Of a DNA stretch of 64,000 nt, positions 18,374-27,426 are shown piece by piece. The first letter of the stretch is position 1, and each line of letters starts with the position of its first letter. The position numbers were made by a program, and so were the translations under genes. The notes below the pieces were generated by a model. That model was not told the DNA's origin. It did not search any database and saw only the letters and a list, made by a program, of their open reading frames with translations. The stretch comes from a virus. The DNA lies in the IMG/VR virus record IMGVR_UViG_3300010366_000011, positions 1 to 64,000 of that record; one strand, 5' to 3'.

Positions 18374-20919
18374 CAGCAGACCTCCTCGAGCTGAGCTGGT
18401 CGGGTCATGCGGGCCGGATTGGTCTCGAAGGCTTCGGCATAGACGCCTTGCGGTGGCCGAACCCAGACCAGGCCCACCCGTCCCCGGGTATCGCGCATCA
18501 GGCATAGGGCCGGGTCCGGCGGGACACTGAGGTCCACCTCCTTGCGGCGCATGCCCTCCTCGAAGAGCCGGCGCAGATCCGGATCTGCCTCAAGGCCCAT
18601 CAGGGTCGCCGCCTCGTCCCCGGCGTTGCGGGGTTGGCCGAACAGGAAGCGGTATTCGAATTGGCTGGCGAGCTGTGGCGGCACATCGCCAGGGTGCTGG
18701 CTGAGGATCCAGATGCAGCCGTTCTCCTTGCGCCCCTTGCGGACCGCCTCGTCAATCAGGGCCTGGCCGGGCAGGGTGGCCGTGTAGTTGTGTGCCTCAT
18801 CCAGGATGGCCACGGCGAAACGGTTGGGGTCGAGCAGGATGAAAGCCCGCTGTACCGCTGCCACCGCGTAGAGGATGGCGAGCCCGTTCAGTTGCTCCGG
18901 CAGGAGGTTCCGGTTGAGGTTGTCCGAGAGCATGGCCTCCCGGCTGGGCAGGGCAAGATCGGGGGCGTGAAAAATCACGGCGTCGAGGCTGCCCAGGTCG
19001 AGCACGCGGCGGTTGGGGTCGAAGATCAGCGCGCCCAGCCATTGCCCGGAAGCTGGCCGGCGGGCGAAGGTGTTCAGGTGCCGGTACGCCTGGGAAGCTC
19101 CGGCCACGCCCCGGTCAGCCATGCCCTTCAGGATCTCGAGCGCCAGAGGCATGGACGGGGCCGGGTGGTCGACCGCAGCATCGATTGCCTCCTTCAGCGA
19201 CGTGCCCTCGTCGTCCTGGGGATTGGCGCCGGTGATCATCATCACGAAGCCGAGGGCGATGCGTCGGGCCGCCATGGGGTCCTTGGCGAAGACCCGCAGC
19301 GGATCGATCGACAGCGTCGGGTCCTCGGTGATCCGCACCACGTCGGTGCGGCCGTGCTGGACCTGCAGCCACCGGACCCACTCGCCGCCCGGCGTCAGGT
19401 CGATCCCACAGACCATCCCGCCCTGGTCGACCACGGCCGTGGCGAGGATCTTTGCCGTGACCGACTTGCCCTCGCCGCTGGCGCCGATGAACATGGCGCT
19501 GCCTGAGCGCCCCAGGCGCTGAGCTTCGGCCGGGTTGACCATTACCCGTCGGGAGTGCCCCGCCGTAGCGGACAGTCCGAACAGGGCGCCGGAGCGGTCG
19601 CCCAGGTCGAGCCCCAGGAACGCGCCGAGCTTCGCTGCGCCGTCGGGTAGCAGGTGCTGGCGGTACTCGGCCATCAGCAGCGAAGCCTGGCCCCGCAGCG
19701 AGCCCGGAAGCATGGAGACAAAGAGCGGGAGCTGGCCCCCGGTCGGCCGCTCGAGGCGCCAGTCGACCGGGGCGAAGGCGCCGCGTAGCTCCGCCGCCCG
19801 GCGCTCCGCCTCGGCCGCCGTCGGGCCGTAGACGCAGAAGACCACCGTGGCTCGCAGCTCGGGGTCCGAGGTCGCCTGCAGGTGATCCCGGAGTTCCTGG
19901 GTGTCGCCGATCGCCCGCGCCAGATCGGTCGGGTATTCGCCGGTGGCCTTGACCTCGGCCGCCCGCTCGTCGCCCTGCTGGACCAGGTGCTCAATACGGC
20001 GCTTCACGTCGGCGAAGGCACGCTCGTTCGGGGTGCTCACGATGCGGATCGCCCAGTCCACCGGGTAGCTCTCGCGGTCCACCCGAAGCAGCTCGGCAAT
20101 GCTGAACCACGAGGGTGTGCGGTGCAGCACCAGGAAGCTCTGGAAGCTCACGGTCTCGAAGGTGGTCACCTTCAGGTACCGGCGTGGCCGGCTCGGCAGG
20201 TAGCGGCTCCAGCCGGTTCGTACCCGGCCGCTGTCGTGCGGATCCCCGCCCTCCTTCATGATCGCCCGGTCCAGATCCTCGAGCAAGGGCCCGACTCCGG
20301 CGGCCTCGGCTTCGTCGGCCTCAAGGCTCTCCAGCTCGTTTGCGGGCTCGGGGTCCTGGCGGAGCGGCGGCTCGAGGAGCCCCCGGCGAAACGCCCGCTC
20401 CCACAGCCACATGGTCTCGGCCCGGGTCACCGGGGTCAGACTCAGATGCCGTCCCAGCGCAGCCCGGATCGAGCGGGCATCCGCGGTGGCGTGGTCCCGC
20501 TCCGCCGCGCTGGGCTCACCGATCCTCTGGGGTTTCACCCACCGACCCTTCTTGCCCGATGCCCCTGGTGGCTTCAGCTCCACGCAGATGTAGAACCGCC
20601 GGGTCCACGCCGGGTTGTTGCTCATGTAGTCGAAGGCTTCGAGTGCCGCCGCCTCCCAGGTCGGGTGGGTCTCGGGGTCGAGGTCGCCGAGCATCTGATC
20701 GTGGACCTCGACCGGGTCGTCCGGCGGTTGGATCGACAGGATCACCGATTCACCCTCAAGCACCAGGAGCGCCGCCCGGATGCTGTCGAGGGTCTCCTCC
20801 TGAAGATCAGCCGGGAGGTAGTGGAAGGTCTCGGGCTCGACCTGCCAGATCCCCCAGGGCGCTCCCGTAGGAAACCAGGCGATGTTGCCGACGATCCAGC
20901 GCGGCGTGTAGCGGCTCAT
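18373..20919 (-). CDS. virB4: VirB4-like conjugation ATPase (TcpF/ConE type)
   Basis: GASGEGKS Walker A, ILDEAH Walker B, RKGRKEN..LSQHPGD, LMRDTRGRVG; follows tcpE. Confidence 0.9.
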   Translation of the reverse strand: MSRYTPRWIVGNIAWFPTGAPWGIWQVEPETFHYLPADLQEETLDSIRAALLVLEGESVILSIQPPDDPVEVHDQMLGDLDPETHPTWEAAALEAFDYMSNNPAWTRRFYICVELKPPGASGKKGRWVKPQRIGEPSAAERDHATADARSIRAALGRHLSLTPVTRAETMWLWERAFRRGLLEPPLRQDPEPANELESLEADEAEAAGVGPLLEDLDRAIMKEGGDPHDSGRVRTGWSRYLPSRPRRYLKVTTFETVSFQSFLVLHRTPSWFSIAELLRVDRESYPVDWAIRIVSTPNERAFADVKRRIEHLVQQGDERAAEVKATGEYPTDLARAIGDTQELRDHLQATSDPELRATVVFCVYGPTAAEAERRAAELRGAFAPVDWRLERPTGGQLPLFVSMLPGSLRGQASLLMAEYRQHLLPDGAAKLGAFLGLDLGDRSGALFGLSATAGHSRRVMVNPAEAQRLGRSGSAMFIGASGEGKSVTAKILATAVVDQGGMVCGIDLTPGGEWVRWLQVQHGRTDVVRITEDPTLSIDPLRVFAKDPMAARRIALGFVMMITGANPQDDEGTSLKEAIDAAVDHPAPSMPLALEILKGMADRGVAGASQAYRHLNTFARRPASGQWLGALIFDPNRRVLDLGSLDAVIFHAPDLALPSREAMLSDNLNRNLLPEQLNGLAILYAVAAVQRAFILLDPNRFAVAILDEAHNYTATLPGQALIDEAVRKGRKENGCIWILSQHPGDVPPQLASQFEYRFLFGQPRNAGDEAATLMGLEADPDLRRLFEEGMRRKEVDLSVPPDPALCLMRDTRGRVGLVWVRPPQGVYAEAFETNPARMTRPAQLEEVC

Positions 20920-21293
20920 GGCCGTGCCCACCGGAGTCGGCGGTCAGCCTCAGTGGTCCATGCCTGCCGGTAGGGCTTGCCCTTGTAGAGCCCGCGCTTG
21001 GGGGAGAGGGCATAGCTGGCGTAGCCGATGATGGCTGAGATCGGCCCCCTGCCCTCCAGGCGGAAGTATCGGCTGGTCCATGCCAGCCCGACAGGGATGC
21101 CGAGAATGGCAGCCAGGTTCACCAGTCCTGGTCCCACCGCCCACAGGGGGCGGGTCACCAGGAGCACGATGCTGGCACCGATGAAGGTGCCGAGCTGGTA
21201 GAGGGTGACCGTAAACGGCATCACCCACCGGCCGATCTTGCCGAGCACCAGCGGGAAGCGCCGGGCCTCGGTCCAGTTACGTCCGGGCTCCAT
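20916..21293 (-). CDS. tcpE: TcpE-family (VirB3-like) conjugation membrane protein
   Basis: WTEARRFPLVLGKIGRW..TLYQLG, 2 TM, RLEGR; directly upstream of VirB4. Confidence 0.8.
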   Translation of the reverse strand: MEPGRNWTEARRFPLVLGKIGRWVMPFTVTLYQLGTFIGASIVLLVTRPLWAVGPGLVNLAAILGIPVGLAWTSRYFRLEGRGPISAIIGYASYALSPKRGLYKGKPYRQAWTTEADRRLRWARP

Positions 21294-21294
21294 G

Positions 21295-21615
21295 TCAGTT
21301 GCAAGCCGTAGGGGCGCCGAGGGGCGTGGAGGCTGCCGTGGCTCCGGCAGAAGTCAGCGTGTCCTGTGCCACCCCGCCCAAGCTGATGACCCCACTAAGG
21401 ATGGTGCCCCAGAAGATCAGGGCTGCCAGGAGGAACGCGCCGATGGTGGGGATCAGATTGCCTTTCGACTTGATCCAGGCATAGGCGGGGAAGGCGACGC
21501 AGGCGATGGTGATGGCCCCCTTCACCACCCACCAGAAATCGTTCTCCAAGTTCCCCGCCACGCAGTGGGCCGGAGAACCTGGAAGGGTGAGAGCAAGGTG
21601 CATCAGGAGCCTCAT
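21295..21615 (-). CDS. Small 2-TM pilin/VirB2-TcpD-like protein
   Basis: Hydrophobic hairpin; position upstream of tcpE. Confidence 0.6.
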   Translation of the reverse strand: MRLLMHLALTLPGSPAHCVAGNLENDFWWVVKGAITIACVAFPAYAWIKSKGNLIPTIGAFLLAALIFWGTILSGVISLGGVAQDTLTSAGATAASTPLGAPTACN

Positions 21616-21830
21616 GGGGTCCCCCTTGTATCGGTTGGCGCTTGGGGCCTCCGGCTGGCGGCCCATCGAAGTAGGACAGCGGCGTCGGGATGCCACCGCC
21701 AGCGTGTGCCGTTGATCTTCATCGCCACCTCCTCCGGTGGCGCGTGCTCATCAGCCCACCTACGGAGCGTATTCACGTGGACGCCGAGGAGTCTGGCCGC
21801 CGCTCGAGATGTCAACCATCCACCATGCAT
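21612..21830 (-). CDS. MerR/excisionase-like HTH protein, probably leaderless
   Basis: WLTSRAAARLLGVHVNTLRRWAD; ATG 7 nt after the -10 box. Confidence 0.8.
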   Translation of the reverse strand: MHGGWLTSRAAARLLGVHVNTLRRWADEHAPPEEVAMKINGTRWRWHPDAAVLLRWAASRRPQAPTDTRGTP

Positions 21831-21837
21831 GGCAGGG

Positions 21838-21880
21838 AATGTAAACCCCACGCAACGATCCTGTCAACTTATCTACAAGT
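21838..21880 (-). promoter_or_regulatory. Main tra operon promoter with operator
   Basis: TTGACA-N18-TACATT; ACTTATCTACAAGT at 21867-21880 abuts the -35. Confidence 0.8.
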
Positions 21881-21901
21881 CATCCCCCGCGCGGGGGATC
21901 T

Positions 21902-22192
21902 TTAGAGACTCAGGACGTGGGTGCCGTACTCGGTCAGGACGTAGGTTCTCCGATGCCGCCTGCCACTCTCGTCCGCGATGCTTTGGGGATGCCATTCTTC
22001 CCGCACCAGGCCGAAGTCCTCGAGACGCCGGAGCACCACGTAGACATTGCTGGCGGCCGTGCCAACCGCTCGGGCGATGGCGGTGCCGAAGTGCGACACG
22101 GCTGGATCCCCCACCGCCAGAAAAACCCGGCGTTGTAGATCAGTCAACGTATCGCTAGGGGTACTTGTCGACAAATCCATATGGAGATACAT
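21902..22192 (-). CDS. PadR-family wHTH regulator
   Basis: FGTAIARAVG..SNVYVVLRRLEDFGLVREEW..RRTYVLTEYG. Confidence 0.85.
   Translation of the reverse strand: MYLHMDLSTSTPSDTLTDLQRRVFLAVGDPAVSHFGTAIARAVGTAASNVYVVLRRLEDFGLVREEWHPQSIADESGRRHRRTYVLTEYGTHVLSL
22163..22176. promoter_or_regulatory. Operator copy inside the 5' end of the PadR gene
   Basis: ACTTGTCGACAAAT, 13/14 match to the palindrome. Confidence 0.6.
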
Positions 22193-22308
22193 CGTCTTGT
22201 CCTCTTAGTGACATATGGCTAGGTACGGTTAGATGTGCGTAGAAATGCGTCGCCTCATAGTAGTCGGCTATCCGCTCAGATTCCACCGGGGCACAATAGA
22301 ATGTCTTT

Positions 22309-22719
22309 GTGGACATTCGCACTCTGCCCGAGCCGGGGACCTACCGGGGCCCGGTCCTGTGCCATCTCGCCGGAATCTCGTACCGGCAGCTCGACTACTG
22401 GGACCGTACCCGGCTACTTCAGCCGTCGATCGCCATCGCCCAGGGGTCCGGCTCGCAGCGACTGTACTGCCGCGAAGACCTTCTCCTGGCGGTAGCGATC
22501 CGCCGGCTGCGCATCCTGGGCCTCACATTGCAGTGCGTCCGGCATCTGGTCGATCCTGTTCTGCCCGGCGCCCCGATGGGACTGCGAGACGCGATCCAGC
22601 GAGGCCGGAAGTGGTGGACCACGGCACCCAACAGCGGGGCCGGTGTCTGGCTCGACCTCGAGGAGATCCGGCGCTGGCTTGAGGACGCGGAGGCGCGCTT
22701 CGAACCCCCAGCGGCGTAG
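22309..22719 (+). CDS. MerR-family regulator of the actinobacterial Rv1830/McdR type
   Basis: YRGPVLCHLAGISYRQLDYWDRTRLLQPSI..AQGSGSQRLY; TAGAAT -10 six nt upstream of GTG (leaderless). Confidence 0.85.
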   Translation: MDIRTLPEPGTYRGPVLCHLAGISYRQLDYWDRTRLLQPSIAIAQGSGSQRLYCREDLLLAVAIRRLRILGLTLQCVRHLVDPVLPGAPMGLRDAIQRGRKWWTTAPNSGAGVWLDLEEIRRWLEDAEARFEPPAA

Positions 22720-22728
22720 CTCTGGAAC

Positions 22729-22763
22729 AAAAAAAGAGCCCTCCGGATCCGGAGGGCTCTTTT
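22729..22763. terminator. Bidirectional intrinsic terminator
   Basis: Perfect 32-bp palindrome AAAAGAGCCCTCCGGATCCGGAGGGCTCTTTT with A/T runs, between convergent genes. Confidence 0.9.
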
Positions 22764-22869
22764 AGAGAGGGGGAGTAACTACCGCCGGCAACGGCACGCC
22801 GGCATGATGCACCACAGCACCACCAGGAGCAGGATCACGCCGAGCATCTACGGTTTCTCCCCTTCGAGT

Positions 22870-23064
22870 TCACGACGACTTGAGGTAGCCCCCGACCACG
22901 GGCAGCAGCGGCCCGGTGACGGCAAGGATCCCAGCCTTGAGCGTCAGCCCCCCACCCGCCCACAGCGCCAGCAGGACCCCTGCGGCGTAGATGCCGCCCA
23001 CGGCCGCCGCCGCCTTGATCTTTGGTACTGGTGCGAGCGATTTCGCGAGGGGGGGGATGCTCAT
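22870..23064 (-). CDS. Holin-like 2-TM protein
   Basis: 64 aa, two hydrophobic helices, end of lysis cluster. Confidence 0.6.
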   Translation of the reverse strand: MSIPPLAKSLAPVPKIKAAAAVGGIYAAGVLLALWAGGGLTLKAGILAVTGPLLPVVGGYLKSS

Positions 23065-23390
23065 GGCAGCTTGACACCCTTCAGCGGATCGACCGCTGCC
23101 ACATCCTTCGCCAGATCCGTTGCCAGCGCCGCCGTCGGGGAAGGCGGAACGGGAGTCGGGACCGGGGGCAAGACGACGGGCACCGAAGTGGGAACGGCTG
23201 CCTGAGCTGCCAGCGCCGTGACCGTAGCCGTGTGCCCGGTCAGCGCGCGCACCTCGCCCAACGTGGCCTTCCCGTCGGTGACGTCCTTGCCCACGATGGC
23301 CATCGTCGCCTTCAGGTCCCCCATCAGCGCCGGGAGGAGCCTGAGAATCGACAAGATCTCGTCCAGCTTGGCGTGCAGCTTTTTGAACAT
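23061..23390 (-). CDS. Hypothetical protein
   Basis: AAGGAG RBS; ATGA overlap. Confidence 0.7.
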   Translation of the reverse strand: MFKKLHAKLDEILSILRLLPALMGDLKATMAIVGKDVTDGKATLGEVRALTGHTATVTALAAQAAVPTSVPVVLPPVPTPVPPSPTAALATDLAKDVAAVDPLKGVKLP

Positions 23391-23546
23391 CGCTCTCCTT
23401 TCAGCCCAGGAGACCCCGGGCGATGACTTGGATGACGGCGGCCCCCGTATCTGCGGCCCCCCCGAGGAACGGGCCGATTACGGGAACGAAATGGGTGAAG
23501 AACGAGCCTACGACGGTCAGGATCCCTGCAAGCATGTTCGCCTCCT

Positions 23547-24248
23547 TTACGGCGTTGTCGGGCATACCACGGGGCACTGCACCTGCAGGTTCACCGCCGG
23601 ACTGCGGCTGGGGGCTGGAGTCGGGACCGTCTTTGGGGTAGGCGCGGGCGCCGTGGGGGCGGTCGGAATCGTGATCGGCGGGGGCGCCTCGGCGAGGATC
23701 ATCGCCACGGCAGCGGCGATCCTGGCTGTCTGATCAGGGGGAGCCAGTGCCACAGCGATCTCACCGAGCTTGCGAAGCTGGTCCTGACTCTGGATCTGCT
23801 GAGCGACCAAGAGTTGCCTGATCGCCGATGCCGTCGTCGCCGCCCGTTCCCTCGCCCCAGCGCTGTTCGGATCGGTAAAACTCGCGATCAGTGAGGTCAG
23901 GTCCTTGATCTGCTTCAGAGTCGCCCGGCCGTTCGCCGAATTGTCAGCCTGGTTCTGCTGCAGGACCCTGATGGCTTCGGTCTGGGCGGTGATCGTGACT
24001 CCCTGGTCCACGATTGTCTTGTTCTGTCTCACGAGGGTGTGACCCTGTGCCTTGATCTGCGCTTGGCCCTGAGCCAGCCAGATCAGGACGACCACAACCC
24101 CAGCAAGGATCACAGCTCCAATAAACGCCCCGATCAGGATCCACTTCCGGCGCTTGCGCTTTGCTTCCAGCCCAGCTTTGAGTCCGGCGCGCTCCTCGGC
24201 CGCATTGATTTCAGCCATGATCTCGGGCGACAGGTTAGATGGGTTCAT
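23547..24248 (-). CDS. Single-TM coiled-coil protein of the lysis cluster
   Basis: Basic patch, TM, Gln-rich coil, Pro-rich tail. Confidence 0.75.
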   Translation of the reverse strand: MNPSNLSPEIMAEINAAEERAGLKAGLEAKRKRRKWILIGAFIGAVILAGVVVVLIWLAQGQAQIKAQGHTLVRQNKTIVDQGVTITAQTEAIRVLQQNQADNSANGRATLKQIKDLTSLIASFTDPNSAGARERAATTASAIRQLLVAQQIQSQDQLRKLGEIAVALAPPDQTARIAAAVAMILAEAPPPITIPTAPTAPAPTPKTVPTPAPSRSPAVNLQVQCPVVCPTTP

Positions 24249-24522
24249 CCGGGTGCCTCGCCTTCATCTCGGCCAGCTTGATCTCCGCCTCCCGCCTTCC
24301 AGCTTCGGCTTCCTGGAGCTGCTCGAGGATCTTGCTCATCTGCCCATCTACCTGCACTTGGATCGCGGATGCCTTGGCGTCGGTCGCGTCGGCCTTTCTG
24401 GACAGCCGGGAAATCTGGAGCAGCGCCACTCCCAGCCCGGTGATCACGGTCGCTGCCCCGGTGATGACCGCCACAGCTACTCCGTTGTCGGTTGCACCGA
24501 GGAGCAGCGAGAGCGGCATCAA
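24235..24522 (-). CDS. Small membrane protein (holin-associated)
   Basis: N-terminal TM then coil; downstream of endolysin. Confidence 0.65.
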   Translation of the reverse strand: MMPLSLLLGATDNGVAVAVITGAATVITGLGVALLQISRLSRKADATDAKASAIQVQVDGQMSKILEQLQEAEAGRREAEIKLAEMKARHPDEPI

Positions 24523-24670
24523 CTCATTCTCCCTCTCTGGGGATCACCGCGCCGGCCGGGAGCTCAGCAGCATGGCATAGCCGAAGAGCAGGATCGCTCC
24601 GGCCAAGCAGACCAGGAAGACGTAATGCCTCATCCCAGGTCCCGATCGTTTCGCATCAACTGGGAGTGCT

Positions 24671-24931
24671 TCATGCTGTCTGAGCCCTTCGTGCTTGTTG
24701 CCACTGAGCAAGAGCTATCGTGAAGTCACGCCTGTCGGTCCGCAGCCGCCGCGGTTCAGGGTGACAAGAACACGCGCAAAACCAGTGGTAACCGGTGGCG
24801 CCTCGCAGAATTCCATCGCAGTCATTGTGGGATCCTCGCCGGCACCATCCCGAGAGGTCAGTGATGTTCTCCTGCGGATCCCGCATCCCGTGAAGGCTGC
24901 TTGAAGTAGCAGTCATTCCTACGGCCTCCAC
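24671..24931 (-). CDS. Small Cys/His hypothetical protein
   Basis: SGWC..HNDC..CACSCH motif. Confidence 0.55.
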   Translation of the reverse strand: MEAVGMTATSSSLHGMRDPQENITDLSGWCRRGSHNDCDGILRGATGYHWFCACSCHPEPRRLRTDRRDFTIALAQWQQARRAQTA

Positions 24932-25084
24932 CTGACGTCGACAACATCAACCGAGAGCAAGCCGGCCTCCGCTTCTAACGCAGGGACCATGATAGTGCGC
25001 CAGCAGGCCCGGAGACATCCACCAGCGTCCTACAGGGCAATCCGTGAGAGGCTAGTTGCTCTCTCCCGGCGATGGTGCTAGTGC

Positions 25085-26038
25085 TCACTTCGCCAGTACA
25101 CCGGAGGAGGGGAACGAGTAGGAACGAGGTTTCCCGTCCGCACCCTGCGTCATGACCGCGTAGGCTGACCAGCCTGCGTTGCCATCGTCGAAAAACTCGA
25201 AGGCCACGACCGGGCCGTTCGCCTGACCCGTACCGACATTCCAGCCCGCTCGGTTGGCTCCCCCGAGGTAGTGGCCCCCAGGCGTCCAATCCGGGTTGTA
25301 GCAGTAAACCGCACCAGTATCGCGGTCGCAGAGGGCGTGGCAACCGTTCTTCGGATCGGTCGCGGCGAGCATGGGCATGGTTTCCTCCTCGGTCTGGGAC
25401 TGGGCTACGGACTGAACGTGGACCTGGCCGGATCCGCCCGCGTAGGCAGCCCATTCGGCATCGGTGCCGAGCCACATGGACATATCCACGTCGCCGCTGA
25501 TCCCGTCCACGCGACCCTTCGACGTGTACTGCCACAGGATCACATCCGAAGGCGGGAACTGGGTCGAGGCCCGTACCGCGGCAGGATCCCCGTGCGGCTT
25601 CCCGTCGTTGACGCCATAGGCTGCCAGCCAGACATGGACCTTCCCGACGAAGGTGGTTCCGAGCGTGGCAAGATCCCCCGCATTGCCGTACAGCAGGACC
25701 GGGCCGGGCGGTAGCAGGCTCAGGAGTGTGGCTAGCTGGGCGACAGTCGGAAGCATTCCCTGGTACCGCTCGAAGTCGATCACCCACCCAAAGCAGTCGG
25801 GCGTGCCGATGGTGGATGTGTAGAGTCGCACCTGGGTGGCTGGAGCCACGTCGTAGGCCATGAAGTGGTAACAGCCGTGATGCAGGTCCGCGGCGGGGAT
25901 GCCGGAGTGGTGCTGAGAGAACATCTGGTCCACCCGGTACTGAGTCGCCTTGTGGATCGCGGCAGATACTCCCGCTGCCCTGACACGGCCCCAGTCCACG
26001 GTACCGTTTCCCTCAAACACATCCACCATGACGACCAT
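25085..26038 (-). CDS. Endolysin, GH25 muramidase
   Basis: VDVFEGNGTVDW..KATQ..GCYHF..IDFE..WLAAY..LWQYTSKGRVDGISGDVD. Confidence 0.92.
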   Translation of the reverse strand: MVVMVDVFEGNGTVDWGRVRAAGVSAAIHKATQYRVDQMFSQHHSGIPAADLHHGCYHFMAYDVAPATQVRLYTSTIGTPDCFGWVIDFERYQGMLPTVAQLATLLSLLPPGPVLLYGNAGDLATLGTTFVGKVHVWLAAYGVNDGKPHGDPAAVRASTQFPPSDVILWQYTSKGRVDGISGDVDMSMWLGTDAEWAAYAGGSGQVHVQSVAQSQTEEETMPMLAATDPKNGCHALCDRDTGAVYCYNPDWTPGGHYLGGANRAGWNVGTGQANGPVVAFEFFDDGNAGWSAYAVMTQGADGKPRSYSFPSSGVLAK

Positions 26039-26065
26039 CGGGTGCTCCCCTCGGAGAGTATGGAT

Positions 26066-26431
26066 TCAGGCGAGTAGCTTACCGATCACGGCTCGCAGCG
26101 CGGCTTCCTGTTCCTGTTGGGTCCAGGTGGGTTTGGCGGCAAGAGCAACCAGCTCCCTGAGCTCGGCCGATGCGCCGTACAGGGGGTCGGCGGTGTGAGC
26201 GGCGAGCACCGCATCGAGGTCTGCCTGGTCGACGTCGGCCATGACCACGGTCGTGCCGTCAGTACTCGCCGAGGTCCAGATGTCTGCGGCCACCGCCGTT
26301 TTTCCGGCAGCGTCCAGACGCGCCCGTAGCTCCGCTTTCACCTGGTGCGGAACCACGGGCTTGTCGACACCCCGCACTACGGCCGTAAATGGACGACGTG
26401 GTCCAGCTCGCTGCTCGGTTGGATCTGGCAC
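26066..26431 (-). CDS. Hypothetical tail-region protein
   Basis: GGAGGG RBS; position. Confidence 0.65.
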   Translation of the reverse strand: MPDPTEQRAGPRRPFTAVVRGVDKPVVPHQVKAELRARLDAAGKTAVAADIWTSASTDGTTVVMADVDQADLDAVLAAHTADPLYGASAELRELVALAAKPTWTQQEQEAALRAVIGKLLA

Positions 26432-26440
26432 GTTCCCTCC

Positions 26441-26929
26441 CTAACTGAGCTTGTTGGCCGGCCACACCGCGATATTCCGGTTCACGTAGCTCCCGGTACC
26501 ACTGCCGACACGGTACTTGGTCGTGAACGTGTTCGATCCCGCCGTGAGACCGGTGACCAGGTAGAGAACCGAGGCGGCGACATTCACGACGGCGGAACTG
26601 TCCACCCGCATCGCCATGGCGTCGGCGGCTGCCACCGACGAGGCACCGGTCACAGCGAATCCCATGTAGGGTGTTACTCCGGCGCCGGTCGTGTCCGCCT
26701 CGGCCGTGAGAGCGACCATCGCCGCGGTACCCGTGGTCAGCGTTGTCGCAGGACCAACGGTCGCCAGATCCGTGTACGTGGTCGACGTCGTGGTCTGGGA
26801 GGTCGCTACCGTCGCCCCCTTGGGCTGGGTCCGGGAGTCGAGATCGGAGAGGTCGTTGCTGAGCTGATTCTGCAGCGCGGCGGTGAGCACCTGCCCGACC
26901 GAGAACACCGGCGGCGTCGTCCAGGAAAT
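26441..26929 (-). CDS. Minor tail/fibre protein (probable ATT start at 26929; GTG at 26908 is the alternative)
   Basis: ISWTTPPVFSVGQVLTAALQN N-terminus typical of actinophage minor tail proteins; Thr-rich beta domain. Confidence 0.75.
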   Translation of the reverse strand: MSWTTPPVFSVGQVLTAALQNQLSNDLSDLDSRTQPKGATVATSQTTTSTTYTDLATVGPATTLTTGTAAMVALTAEADTTGAGVTPYMGFAVTGASSVAAADAMAMRVDSSAVVNVAASVLYLVTGLTAGSNTFTTKYRVGSGTGSYVNRNIAVWPANKLS

Positions 26930-27418
26930 CTAGATCACCCCCGGGATGGCGAACACGCCGGGTTCGGCTGGCACGGACCCCTGAACCTCGTTCTCCGCCC
27001 GGAGTTGTTCCAGCGTCTCTGCCGGTCCCACCCAGCCCACATGGCGGACACGCAGAACCCCCGGTTTCCAGATCCGGTTGGCCGGCGAGGATCGCTCCAG
27101 GAGGATCGCCTCTATCTCCGCCCTCAGGTCGTCTGGCGGCCACTCCACCGGGATCCATAACCCGTTCTGCCAGCCGTTCAGACACTCGGTGCAGAGGAAA
27201 CGCCGGTCGGTCTCGCAGGCGTGCTGAGCGGAGGAACACTCCGGGCACATGACCATCCAGCGCGAGTAGTTGACCTCCGCCTTGAGAGCGACGTCTGCGG
27301 TGCCGAGCGGCAGCGCGAACGGGATCCCTGCTGGCCAGTACGTGCGAACCACTGCCTCGGCGTGTCCGGAGGACCCAGGCACCGGATGGTAGAACTGCTC
27401 GCCCGTGCGGATCGTCAT
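26930..27418 (-). CDS. Zn-ribbon tail-region protein
   Basis: GAGGAGG RBS; VNYSRWMVMCPEC..FLCTECLN..VEWP. Confidence 0.75.
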   Translation of the reverse strand: MTIRTGEQFYHPVPGSSGHAEAVVRTYWPAGIPFALPLGTADVALKAEVNYSRWMVMCPECSSAQHACETDRRFLCTECLNGWQNGLWIPVEWPPDDLRAEIEAILLERSSPANRIWKPGVLRVRHVGWVGPAETLEQLRAENEVQGSVPAEPGVFAIPGVI

Positions 27419-27426
27419 GGTCCTCC

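Noticed and set aside
10355-22730. Discrete ICE or transposon inserted into a prophage
   Set aside because: No integrase, transposase or flanking direct repeat was seen, and the operator is shared with a promoter outside the block; not fully excluded without comparative genomes
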